DNA of 60,594 nt, from NCBI GenBank assembly GCA_002104905.1, contig MCFE01000539.1:1-60594 (forward strand), read 5' to 3'. Source of the stretch: Basidiobolus meristosporus CBS 931.73. Lineage: Eukaryota; Fungi; Basidiobolomycota. A program made the translations under genes and the position numbers. How positions within the stretch are numbered: position 1 is the first letter of the stretch; every line of letters begins with the position of its first letter. This document shows positions 1 through 11,754 of this stretch, piece by piece. The notes beneath the pieces were generated by a model, which worked only from the letters and a program-made list of their open reading frames with translations, made no database searches and was not told the DNA's origin.

Positions 1-258
1 TTTGTTGAATGTAAGAGTAGTATTTACACTGTTACATGGTCTTGGCATAACAAGCACATAAAATAGGTTGAGGAAGGTCCCAAGAACACATGTGCAAAGT
101 TTGGGGCTCTTTGGATACTGGGTACCTGGTAAATTAGTGAAAATATTCTAGGTAAATCCCAGCAAGGAATTTGGTTGGTGTTCTCTAGGATTTGAAGGTA
201 ATGATCTAAGTGACTAAGTTAGGTGAATACTTAGGTGGAATTACAAATTTTTACAACA
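1..258 (-). mobile_element. LTR of the Copia-2 family, cut by the window edge
   Basis: Reverse complement aligns with the first ~260 nt of the LTR at 50143-50491; TGTTGTAAAAA terminus at 258. Confidence 0.8.
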
Positions 259-769
259 ATATTCTGATCTGATCAGGAATATAACCTACAGGTCCATCAT
301 GGAAGTGATGAGTTGTCATATGGAAGACAGCCCGGATGTGTTAGAAAATACTGAGCATAGAGGTACACATGAAGACACCCATGTCTTAGGTGATAGGAAG
401 CAAAGCAGCCCCATTGCATATAATATTTGATGAGTAATTAAAGGTTAGGTTGGACACACCAAGCAACTGGTTCTTGTTAGGATAAATTCACTAAAATATT
501 CTATGTTTCTCCTTGGTACAAGCAAAACTTTACACCTTTCAATATGTAGCTGACTTAATCAAGAATCAGAGTGCATCTATAAGGGGACTCAAGCTCAGCA
601 GCGCAAAGTAAAACATTGGTCAAGAACCAAAAAGTATTTTGCAGATATTCAAGTGGTATTCATGGACAAAGTGGTGACAACCAAGTATATGTTTGCAAGA
701 TGTATATGTTGCTAGCAATATAAGGTATACGGCAACTTTGAAAGTTTCACACCAAAAAGCTATAAAGTC

Positions 770-1105
770 AATATTCTGAGGAGTATTGGAAGTGATGTGG
801 AGAACCAGAGGACTTACATGCTATTCACTTGTAGATTTATTGATCAAAAGTATGGTATTTGTGCTTTTGATCAAGTAGAGCAAACAAACATATAGATTTG
901 TCAAGGAAGGTCACATGAATATGTGTGCAAAGTTTGGGAGCTTTTGGACAACTTTAAGAAAGATCATAATTGGGGTACCTGATAATTTGGTAAAAATATT
1001 CTAAGTTCCAACATGAAACTTAGTCAGGACAGAATGCAAATCAAAGAATCAGATCTATGCAACTAAGTTAGCATGAATACTTAGGTGACAACTTAATAAT
1101 TACAA
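770..1105 (-). mobile_element. Degenerate solo LTR, Copia-2 family
   Basis: Patchy similarity to the reverse complement of 50143-50491 (GTGTGCAAAGTTTGGG, GGGTACCTG, AAATATTCTAAG, ACTAAGTTAG, GAATACTTAGGTG). Ends approximate. Confidence 0.6.
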
Positions 1106-1353
1106 TAGGAAGTAGGTTGATAACAGCAGATGCAAATATATGTATAGGTTAGCTAGTAGGAGGCCATAGTTTTTTTGACTGAAGCCATATGTAAAATGCC
1201 CACAGTAGTATTTGGTAAGCAAATAAAGAGGGGTAATCATACAGTGGAATATCAGATTGGTTCAAGGAGAGGTAGAAAAATAAAATACAATTTAGTGAAT
1301 TGGTATGGTAGCATTGCACAGGACTAGCTATAGGCTGCCTACTGCCATGATAA

Positions 1354-4300
1354 TGTTGAAATATTGGACTATATGGTATCATTCTGCAGCTAAAAGTTTA
1401 CTTAACAATTCAGGACTAGTCTTGGTCACTGTGGGACTAATTTACTGCTCTAACTTTGTCACTTTCTTCAGATCTATGATCTTATGATTATTCCCTTATA
1501 GTCAGGATCAAATTAGCACTATTACTAAACATTATGTACTAACCCTGAAACTGTTAGAGAATGCTCCTGAATATTGAGAAGCCCTCCTTACTTAGTGTTA
1601 CAGCTGTATTACCTCTACAAAGGTATAAATACTAAGCTTCTTTATTAATAAACAACAGTTCAACTATTATCACTATTTCTTGATAAGTTCCTTATATTCA
1701 GATCACTTCTTAAATTGCAACAGATAATGCCAATGGTGGTGCACATCAAGGCAAAGAAAAGATACTCTGTCTGCTTTGCAGCCTACCAGACAAGTATGAA
1801 CAACTCATACTTTCTTTTGAAAGCAGAGAAGACAATTAGACTTTAGACTATGTCAAAGGAAGACTTCTCCATGAAGAACTCAGTTGTAATGATCAAGCAG
1901 AGAAAATTGAAGATACTGCTTTATTCAGTTCAGAAAGGCACTCAGAAAGGAAGGGAAAGCAACAAAACCAAAGAAAACCTGGTTGCTGTAACTACTGTAA
2001 AAAGCCAGGACACTGGGCAAGAGAATGCAAGAAGAAACAAGCAGACAAAAAACAGCAACTAGAGCAGGCAAACCATATAACTACTGATGAACAGTTATTT
2101 GCAACCATACAAGAGAGTGCAAGTAACCAAAGTAATGAATGGTATATTGACTCTGGAGCATTGCAGCATATTTTTGGTATAAAGGAGTAGTTCAGCAACT
2201 TAAAGACTATTCCCATAAGAAAGGCTTATCTGGGAGATAACTCTGCTCTGGAAGCTACCACCAGTGGGCCTATACAACTAAATATGAGCAATAGCTCAGG
2301 GGCAACAACAGCAAGACTGACTGATGTACTCTATGTACCTGGAATAGCTAAGAACCTACTCTCAGTCAGTAAAGCAACTGCTCAGGGACTGATATTTGTT
2401 TTTACTAAGATGAGCTGCTCAATATTGAGTGAGTATGGACAAAAATTAGCTTTGGGAATCAGAGATCACAATATATACAAGTTACAATGCAAGATCATTG
2501 TACCTGAGTATGTCAACATTGCTGAAACTGATGAAACCAACTGGGCAGTGTGACATAGGAGGCTAGAACACATTGGGGAGCAGAAAATGCGCTAATTGGT
2601 GAAAAATTAGCTTGTTTTGGGCCTAAAATACTCAATTCCAATCAAATTGAATGTTTGTAAGGGATGTTCATATGGCAAACAAGCTGGGCAATATTTCAAG
2701 AGCTCAGAAGGCATCAATACCACCAAGATATTGGCTATTGTACATTCAGACATATGTGGCCCCATGAGAACATTGTCCTTTGGAGCCAAGAGATACTGTA
2801 TGATGTTTATTGATGACAAAACAAGATATACATGGGTGTAATTCCTCAAAACAAAGGACAAAGCTTTTGAGATGATTAAGCACTACAAGAGCATGTCAGA
2901 AACACAAACTGGGTGTAAATTGAAGGTACTACAAAGTGACAATGGAGAAGAATATTGCTCAAAGGAGTTTGCAAAATACTGCTCATCTACTGGTATACTT
3001 CAACAGACCACAGTTCCTCATACTCCACAGCAAAATGGAGTAGCAGAATGTGCAAATAGAACAATTACAGAGATGGGAATATCTATCCTACATGATAAGG
3101 GAATGGACTACAAGTTTTGGGCTGAATCTGTTGCTACCACAGTTTACATCAAGAACAGATGCCCAACAACAGCACTACGTGATTCTACACCCTTTGAAGC
3201 ATATACAGGCAAAAAATCAGATCTCCAGCACCTCAAGATCTTTGACAGTGATGTTTTTTATCACATCCCTGACAAAAAATGCTCAAAGTTGGAACCAAAC
3301 GGTAGGAAAGGGATATTTCTTAGGTATTGTGAAGATACTAAAGGGCATAGAATATATGATGGCAAAATTCAGAAGCTGATCAAGAGCAGGGACATTGTAT
3401 GGAGGGGAATTCAGATCACAAAGCCACTGAAATCATTGGCCAGCTACTTGATGATGCAATCAACACTAATGAAGAAGATTTGTACCTAATTCAGCCAGAT
3501 ACAGATAATAATGCTGCCAGTTTCAGATCAGAGCAGATTATCCCAGTTAGGAGATCTACCAGAATAAGAAATGCCCCTGGATCCTGGTGGCAGACATCCA
3601 ATGATCATGAAGAAGCTTATCTTGCCATATATGCCAAACCTCAGAATCTGGTACAGGCAATGCAAAGTCCAGATGCAACTATGTGGCAACAAGCCATGCA
3701 GGAGGAATACCAATCACTGATCAAGGCAAAAATGTGGGGACTAGTAGATTTACCAAATGGGAGAAAGCCAATAGATTGTAGATAGGTCTACAAGATCAAG
3801 ATAACCTCAAATGGTACTGTTGATAAGTACAAGGCTAGATTGGTGGCTAAAGGCTATTCCCAGATCCAGGGACTAGACTTTAAGGAAACATTTGCTCTGG
3901 TTGCCAAATTTAACTCCATTAGGACAGTTCTAGCCCTGGCAGCTTTACACAGTCTAGATCTACACCAAATGGAGGTCAATATAGCCTCTCTAAATGGGGA
4001 TTTGCAAGAAACTACATATATGGAGCAACCAGAAGGTTTTACCAATCCAAAAGACCCCCATAAGGTGTGCAAACTTAGAAAATTGTTGTATGGGCTTAAG
4101 CAGGCACCTAGAGCATGGTATAACAAGATTGACACATATCTAGAGGAAATTGGGTTCTCTTGTAGCACTGCAGATCACAGTATATATGTGAAGCAGCTCA
4201 AAAAGGGTGTAATCATCCTAGCTCTTTATGTGGACAACCAAATTATAGCCACATGTGACCAAGCGGCACTTGAACAGACAAAATCAGATCTCTTCAGCAA

Positions 4301-5582
4301 GTTTGAGATGAAAGATCTTGGAAAATTGAGCTATTTTCATGGAATTGAAGTCAAATTTGACATACCTACGCAGAAAAGTGTGCTGAATCAGTCTAAGTAC
4401 ATCAGGGACATTCTTAGAAACTTCAAAATGGAAAATTGCAAACCTGCAGCTACCCCTATGGACAATAACCTAAGATTAAGCAAATCTCAGCCAGTTATAG
4501 ATGAAAACGGCTCAAATATGGACCAAAAATTCCCCTATCAGTCAATGGCTGGTGGCTTAATGTACTTGATAGTGTCTACATGTCCAGATATTGCAGTGGT
4601 AGTTGGAATAGTCAGTCAATTCATGCAGAATTATGGATCAGATCAAATTGCAGCAGTTAAGCGGATTTTCAGATATCTACAAGGTACCATAAATATGGTA
4701 CTGGAATACTCTTGAGCAGCTAATAGACAAAAACTTGATGGTTATAGTGATTCAGATTGGGGTAGGGATCTGATTGACAGACGCTCTACCACAGGCTATG
4801 TATTTCTTTATGCTGGTGCAGCTATTACTTGGAATTGCAAGAAACAACCAACTATGGCCCTATCTACAACTGAATCAGTATATATGGCCACATGTTAAGC
4901 AACTAAAGAGTCTATATGGCTACAAAAATTACTCATAGACTTAGGCTTTAATTTGGATGAACCAACATGTATTTACAAGGATAATCAAAGTTGTATTTCA
5001 TTAGCTAGAAATCCTACTAATCATGCCAGAACTAAGCACATTGATATACAGCATCACTTTGTGAGGAAAGTTGTAGAAAATAACTTAGTAGAGTTAGTGT
5101 ACTGCCCAACTCACAAAATGGTGGCAGACATATTGACAGAACCACTAGCTAGGTCACAATTTGAGAATCTCAGGGAGGAATTAGGATTAAGAAATTATTT
5201 AGTTGAGGGGGAGTGTTGAAATATTGGACTATATGGTATCATTCTGCAGCTAAAAATTTACTTAACAATTCAGGACTAGTCTTGGTCACTGCGGGACTAG
5301 TTTACAGCTCTAACTTTGCCACTTTTTTCAGATCTACAATCTTATAATTATTCCCTTATAGTCAGGATCAAATTAGCACTATTACCAAGCATTATGTACT
5401 AACCCTGAAACTGTTACAGAATGCTCCTGAATATTGAGAAACCCTCCTTACTTAGTGTTACAGCTGTATTACTTCTACAAAGGTATATATACTAAGCTTC
5501 TTTATTAATAAACAACAGTTCAACTATTATCACTATTTCTTGATAAGTTCCTTATATCCAAATCACTTCTTAAATTGCAACA
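1354..5582 (+). mobile_element. Ty1/Copia LTR retrotransposon (Copia-1), rearranged and pseudogenised
   Basis: 369-bp LTRs at 1354-1722 and 5214-5582 (TG...CA, roughly 95% identical). TSD GATAA at 1349-1353 and 5583-5587. PPT GAGGGGGAG at 5205-5213. Gag CCHC knuckle, protease, integrase, RT and RNase H fragments in Copia order. Confidence 0.95.
1753..5213 (+). pseudogene. Copia-1 gag-pol, 5'-truncated, with multiple stops and frameshifts
   Basis: Fragments include CNYCKKPGHWAREC, WYIDSGA, HSDICGPM, SDNGEEY/QQNGVAE, MVAKGYSQIQGLDF, LYGLKQAPRAW, LYVDN (for YVDD) and ARTKHIDIQHHF. Confidence 0.9.
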
Positions 5583-6480
5583 GATAATGCCAATGGTGGT
5601 GCACATCAAGGCTATCAATGCACCATCAAGTTTCTTGCCATATAAGGCAATTGCATGTACTGGCTGGTTATGTCTGCTCAAATAAATGTGGACTGTAATA
5701 AGACTATCAGAATGCCATGCAAGTATGTGAGGGTAACAGAAAACCTGCTCTGCCTGTGTATGTAGAACTAGTGTTCTCAATATGTATCCAGGTATAGGTG
5801 TCCTTTGCCTTTCAACAACAATATGGCACTATTTGGCACTCAAGGCTCAGTATAGCACTATTTAACAGAGCAAGCATTTTGACAGTTGTCAGTTCAGAGA
5901 AACTTAAAGTCCGGCATATTTTATGAGGATATTTTACTGGCCTTGAGTAGGTTTTTTCTTAGCACTACTACAATTAATCAGTTAAGAAGTATTAAGCATG
6001 ATCTAGCTCTAAAGTATGTGGCATGATTGTCAAGGTCTATGGTCAGGTGGCCACAAAATTTAGACATCTTTATGATAGGTATCAGTATATAGTTGGAACA
6101 TCTGATATAGGCTTTTTGATTTCACCAAGAAGATTGTATAGAATTTTGTTACCTCAAGCTGCCATCTATAGGATAGCACTTCTAGCAGGATTCACAGATC
6201 TATTACAGTTCTTCTCAAGCCTGGCAAATCTATAAGATCCAGAGCAGCATGCTGTGTGAAAAGCTTGTTGATTTGTGATTTTAGAGCCTTGTTTAATTTA
6301 CCAGTTGTATGACCTGAGACTCCATTGCAAACTTTGTATTCATCTTGTGTTATTGCTACTGCACATATTCAGTGATGCAAGTTAGTACCATTATCCTGTC
6401 CAGTATTCACCACTGCAATGAGCCCATCAAAAGAGTACCACCAATAGACCTACATACTCATTAGAGTACCTAACCTGAGT
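5583..6480 (-). mobile_element. Highly decayed Ty3/Gypsy-like pol remnant (RNase H-integrase); target of Copia-1, continuing left of 1353
   Basis: Minus-strand peptides FDG, SNNT/DEYK (NNxAEYxAL-like, frameshifted), PRLEKN and KKLDGALIALMCTT. These continue across the TSD into SL*LVLCNATIPIH, resembling SPFQLVYGREAVLPIE. Confidence 0.45.
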
Positions 6481-8333
6481 TAGGATACTCAAAGATTTGG
6501 GAGTGACTGGGACTCTTTCAAGATGGAGAAGCACATTCTTAGATGTGGATTGAAATGCAACATAGGTACCTCTCTTAGGGCATTGTTATATAGAATATCT
6601 GATTGCCATAGATCATGATGGTATTGGAAATGCCTATCAATCTATAAGAACTATGTAGAAATACCAAAAGCTGAATGATACTTATGACAGAATTTCGGTC
6701 ACTTATAGACATTATGGCCGACTCAAACCGGATCTGGGTTATGTGTGGCCATCCCAGTCATTATCCATGATCATTGTTTTCAACGAAAGCGTAAGTCTGG
6801 GTGTCATCCAACTTGGTATTTGGCATTTTGGTGGGCGTTTTGGTGGGCATTTTGGGTACCCCTCCACATCACTATCAAACCAAAGATAGGTATAATACCG
6901 GTGTCGGTACCCAAGACAGACTCATGTAGGAATGAATCACTGGGCGGAGGTAGGATCCAGTTGGTGTAGAATGGAATGTTTCCAATTAGCGAGAATTGCT
7001 GAACATAATATCCCAACATCACCAATGGAACCAATTGATCGCATCTATGCTCTCTAACCATCCAAGTGGAACAACTCCCCCGAATCTCCAATGGTTTCCC
7101 AATTGAGGCCGCATTTGAGTTGAGTAAGGAGCCTAGAAAATGCCAGAAAGATAACCAGCGATGCTCGGCAACTGAAGACCAAACAGAAGGAACGAGCTGC
7201 CCGCCAATACAGGCTGCTACATCTTGGGTGATTCACTCCCGTAACCTGGCTTTGAATGTGAGCGAAGCATATGAGAGAGCTTCGAGGGATTGTCCCGCGA
7301 TACAATCGCCCCTGAAAAGCCATATCAGTACTCACATGAACCTTTACTACCAACAGCTGAGTGTACCTTCTGTGCCAAATTGCCTGCCGGTTCAGCATGC
7401 TCCGCGACCTTGCAACGGTGTGAAACCGAGCACCACAGTAGATCCTTCATCCCCCACCGAGCACCACAGCATTCGCGAGCCCATCCACCTTGAAGGGGGT
7501 TGGAAATAGGGTTTTGTGGGCCTCGTGATCCACCGAAAACCACGAAAGCTAGGTGGAACCATCAGTAAGCTCAAAATCCAGCGAAAATGCCCCCGGGTCA
7601 CGTGCGGGCAGCATCTAGGCTGGGTAATATGGAGAGCACCGTATCGGCCAGAGCACGTGCACGATGGATTGGCTGTGATAGAAGGCTGGGGGGAAGGGAT
7701 TTCCGTGCAACGCGATATGAAACGAGTACATGATGGTTTGGTGCATCCGCGGCCAATCCCAGGAAAGCCCAGTATTGGCGGGTGACCTAGCGAGGGGGAT
7801 TGATGAAATGGTTGCCCCTTGAAGTCCAGGAAGCAACGTCGCCAAGGCTCGTACCACCAGGCGACGGCCATTCTGGAAATGTCCTGGATCTAAGATAAAT
7901 CTCATTCTGGCGAGGGTGAAACGTAGTTAACTTTATTTGAATTAAACTTAACCCTAACTAAGTGCCCACTTGCTGATCAGAAGGAGCCGGAATGGTCGCA
8001 CCTGCTGCTTTCGCCCTGAGTTGGTTCATCACTGGTGATCCCCGAGGGCCAATCAACGGCCGAGGTCTCGGTTAGTTTTGGATACCTGATTCATTTGTTA
8101 GATTTCTCCTATTCAATGGTGCCGGCCCTTGAGATCAATATTCCATTGTACCAACGTGATCCAATCAGCGGTTTCCTGGCCATTCATCTCCTACCGGCCA
8201 TTGATATAACCAGCGAGGTGACTTGGTTGCTCTTTTTATCGCTCAAGACTCTCCTTTCTTCCAGCTTGCAGTGAACTTTCCCTCAGCCGTCGTTTCTCAA
8301 AGTCAGGTTGTCCCCGGGCTGAGTGTTGTTGAA

Positions 8334-9620
8334 ATGGAGAAAGAGGGCCAAGAGATCCCCTCTTTTCAAGTCACTACCTACCAAGAACCACCCACACTTT
8401 CCCAAACCCCCACTGGATACCCCGCACCTGTCCCTCACGTGGGCGCTTTCGCTCCTCGGCCGGTTTCTCCAGGTGGTCCCGTCTCGGTCCCAACCTTGGC
8501 CATGAATGCTGAGCCCAGCGTCAACCCCGGCGAGGGCTCGTCGGCGCAGGCTTCCACGGGAGAACCCTCGAGCGCAGCGAAAAAGCCCACCCTGACGAGC
8601 CATATGGCCAACCGGCGCCTCAAAGGGTACCGCTTCGAAGATTCCATCAGAGAATTCACCCCGGACAAGCTGTTCAAGAACAAGTCAAACAAGCGTCGGG
8701 AGTCCTACGTCGTCAACGGGGTGAACATTTTGAACCGAGACGAGATGGACAGCGAGGCAGCCATCAACCGACTCCAAAAGCGCAGGGAGCAGCACAACCG
8801 GGTGGAGCGGAAGCGTCGGGATTTGATTAATTCCGCCATCGAAGAGCTCTCGGAGATCGTTCCCAACGCCCAGGAGGATGGGATCAAGTACGCGCGCGGG
8901 AATGTGTTGAGGTTGACCATCGATTACATCAAAGACCTGCAGACCGAGGTGCAGGGGCTGAGGATAGAGAATGAAGGGTTGAAACGGGAGCATTCGGTGC
9001 CCCGACTAGATCCAGCCAAGAAACCCCCCATGATCATCATCAACCATGAGCAGACCAGAGTCCCTACCAACGGTCCATCCGAAGTTAGGGTCGACTCGGA
9101 GATCAAGACCCCGCAAGACAACCTCGGCTTTCCTGCATACAATGTACCACCACCCAACCCTAATCAGCATTATCCCGGCCAAACCTCACCACTCCACACC
9201 CCGTTACTCTCCTCCTCCTACGGAAGTCCCATCTCCTCCCCATTCTACTCGCCAGTCAGTCCACAAAGGCCGCCGGAATCGGCATTCTTGTTACCCCCCG
9301 CGGCGGTAGGAAATCCAGTCCCTACCGAGCATTTCCGACCTACGGAAAGACGTTACAGTGATGGTTTGCTATCACCTTACATGAGCACGAACAGCCCGTC
9401 CCCTTCGCCCTCCACTTCCCCGCCGATGTGGATCAGAAACCCCGAGATTCAACCCCAGGCTATGCCGCTTCTAGGCTCAATGCCATCCCCATTCCCCAGG
9501 GTCGGCCCCACCCTTCGCTTGAACAATACTCAGTATCGCCACCACCCTCCTCACCCCATTCGCAGTTCTGATTCCCAGCGAGAAGCCCCTTACAACCCTG
9601 ACTTCCACCAGGTTTCTTGA
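8334..9620 (+). CDS. bHLH-leucine zipper transcription factor (USF/MITF/Cbf1/Rtg3-like)
   Basis: KRREQHNRVERKRRDLINSAIEELSEIVP...RGNVLRLTIDYIKDLQ followed by a heptad zipper and a Pro/Ser-rich tail. First ATG at 8334; the ORF-track start at 8223 is non-ATG. Confidence 0.9.
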   Translation: MEKEGQEIPSFQVTTYQEPPTLSQTPTGYPAPVPHVGAFAPRPVSPGGPVSVPTLAMNAEPSVNPGEGSSAQASTGEPSSAAKKPTLTSHMANRRLKGYRFEDSIREFTPDKLFKNKSNKRRESYVVNGVNILNRDEMDSEAAINRLQKRREQHNRVERKRRDLINSAIEELSEIVPNAQEDGIKYARGNVLRLTIDYIKDLQTEVQGLRIENEGLKREHSVPRLDPAKKPPMIIINHEQTRVPTNGPSEVRVDSEIKTPQDNLGFPAYNVPPPNPNQHYPGQTSPLHTPLLSSSYGSPISSPFYSPVSPQRPPESAFLLPPAAVGNPVPTEHFRPTERRYSDGLLSPYMSTNSPSPSPSTSPPMWIRNPEIQPQAMPLLGSMPSPFPRVGPTLRLNNTQYRHHPPHPIRSSDSQREAPYNPDFHQVS

Positions 9621-10008
9621 ATACATGATCATGCCCATCCACCAAATCTTCTGCAATCCGATTCCATCGCTCCCTCTCCTACGGGGGAGGGGATCAAGTT
9701 AATTTCTCACAAGGCTCGGGGAATACATTCGCTACGTCAGAGCTGGGGGCGGCTGCGTCGACAAACAATACGTGGTATATCCTCCGATTTGGCATACCTC
9801 GCCTTACCCATCACCCATCCATTGTACGCTCGCGATGTACCTCCATCACATAACGCATTATCATACCAGGACGACCCTTCAACGACCATTACCTACCTAA
9901 GGATCCGCCTGCCCCGTGTATATATATATATTCCAATCCAGCGCCGCTTGGCCCTCAAGGGTCTACTACCGTGGTCGACGCAGGCAGTGAAGTCCTTGGA
10001 ATCACCAG

Positions 10009-10293
10009 ATGAGGGTAACCTTTAGCATCGCTGGGATGGTCGGATTCACTCTAAACACATGGTGGCTCGTGAGCGGAGAGTGCCAGGAAAGCCTCATGGA
10101 GTGTACCTTCGAGGAGCCGAGGAGTTTTTTCACTTGTACCAACGACCAGTGGGTGAAGAGGGAGTGCGCCGAGGGGACCGTATGCCAAAGGAAGTTCTCG
10201 GCCGCTGGGGACTCGTACGAAGTCACCTGTGATTTCGACTCCTTCAATGACTTCACCCTGTTACCTGCCAAGCACAGGGCGTTCGTTCACTGA
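10009..10293 (+). CDS. Small secreted Cys-rich protein, CBM19-like chitin-binding module
   Basis: Hydrophobic N-terminus, then six Cys in C-x5-C...FFTCTNDQWVKRECAEGTVC...VTCD, resembling CBM19-type modules. Confidence 0.6.
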   Translation: MRVTFSIAGMVGFTLNTWWLVSGECQESLMECTFEEPRSFFTCTNDQWVKRECAEGTVCQRKFSAAGDSYEVTCDFDSFNDFTLLPAKHRAFVH

Positions 10294-10856
10294 GAGGATT
10301 CATCTCGTGGGCGGGATGATTTTATTTTGCTGACCATATTCATCATTAAAAATACCTTTGTTCCGAGCTCGTTTGGCGGGGTGGTCGTGGGGATTTTCGG
10401 ATGGTGGTTCCCTCGTGGGACGAGGTTGGTCGAGGACTGCCAGCATGGAAGCAGGACCACCTTCTTGGCTTGAAGTCCGAGTCGGTGAGCGTGTATGTGC
10501 GCATATGTGGTAGGTGAAGAATGGCGAACACCAGTAGCCGGCTGTACCCAGATTTGAGGCTGCTTCACTAGATTGAAAAGGAAAGATGGCCGGAAGTAAT
10601 CGTATTCTTTTGGCCATGGAGGTATCACCAAGCACGGTCAGGAACCTGGCAAATCATCGTTGCCCCCCGTTTGATTGGTCAGGTAATTTTTGGTTGGCGC
10701 ATTGGCTCTTTCACGATGTGCCCTACCCACACCATACATCCTTGCCTTGCAAGCGAAAATAAATAGCCTGGTGAGCGAGGTTGGCCTCCACTTTCTTAAC
10801 ATTGATTCGCTTGGGCCTTTCCGGTGAGCTGCTATACGTGTGGTGATGTTGATATT

Positions 10857-11024
10857 ATGAACAAAGAGCTTACCCCGGTTCAACCCTCCAAGAAACTGGT
10901 TCGTTTCAGTCGGTTCAAGAAGGTCTACTTCACACATTCCCCCAGTGACTACGACCGCACCTCCATCGTACCTTGCGTTTCTCCAGGCAACCCAAGAAGC
11001 CGCTCGCAGTGTCAGCTGAGTTAG
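10857..11024 (+). CDS. 55-aa microprotein with PP1-docking motif (RVxF plus THSxxDYDR)
   Basis: KKLVRFSRFKKVYFTHSPSDYDRTSI matches the neurabin/Bni4/Afr1-type PP1-binding signature. An upstream exon cannot be excluded. Confidence 0.5.
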   Translation: MNKELTPVQPSKKLVRFSRFKKVYFTHSPSDYDRTSIVPCVSPGNPRSRSQCQLS

Positions 11025-11754
11025 TCGGACAATAACCCCGTTCTGCATACCGAACTCGTCAATCAGGGAATCAACCAAGCCTACCTAACCATGAATCTCC
11101 CATTGAGCTGACGGTTTTTCTGCCGTCTACACTGGATTCATTCTATATTTCTTCAACCATGCGTGTACTGATGTTGTTCGCTCTGGCAATTGCCCCTCCC
11201 CCAATTAAATGTCACTGCTATAATCATCAAGTCCCTGCCATATATGGTGAGATCGCATTAACAATGTGTCCCCCGCCTTTATCCTTTTCGGGAGGCGTAC
11301 TGGATGTTCCAGGTTCCGGATATCGCAGTTTAGTCAAGGATCCTGCGAATGGAATGACCATGGCAATTTCCAGCCTCCAAATCAGGCTCTGTTCTAGGTA
11401 ACTAAATGTTGGCAAGTTGTCCACGGTCATTTGCGTGGCTCATGGATGCCTGGATTATTCCATCTAGAAGGCGTGTGTGCCTTACTCACTTTTCGGTGCC
11501 CATCTCAGCAGCAATCCACCCCAACTGGCTGGTGAGCGGCATTTAATTAAGTTCGGAGAATGCTTTGATCCCTTCGATGGTACAGTCACCGGAATAGTCT
11601 TCATTAGATATCAGTGAATATGAGGAACGGATCCATTTAGAGTGGTGGTAGTGTCACGTCTGATCCGTTCGATGATGAGTATTTACCCATTGTGGTTTTA
11701 ATCGCTACACGTATATCTATGTAAAGTGGTGAATGTACATTTATTGTGATCTGG

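Noticed and set aside
1733-1750. TGGTGGTGCAC after the Copia-1 5' LTR as a tRNA primer-binding site
   Set aside because: It is 10 nt from the LTR end and recurs identically after the 3' LTR as target-site flank.
1-6700. RIP-type mutation of repeats
   Set aside because: CA and TG are abundant, and Copia-2 and the LINE remain open; depletion is CpG-specific.
7066-7905. Overlapping 90-160 aa ORFs on both strands
   Set aside because: No recognisable domain or splice model; a faint phosphatase-like phrase (EAYE...PAI) is too weak to call.
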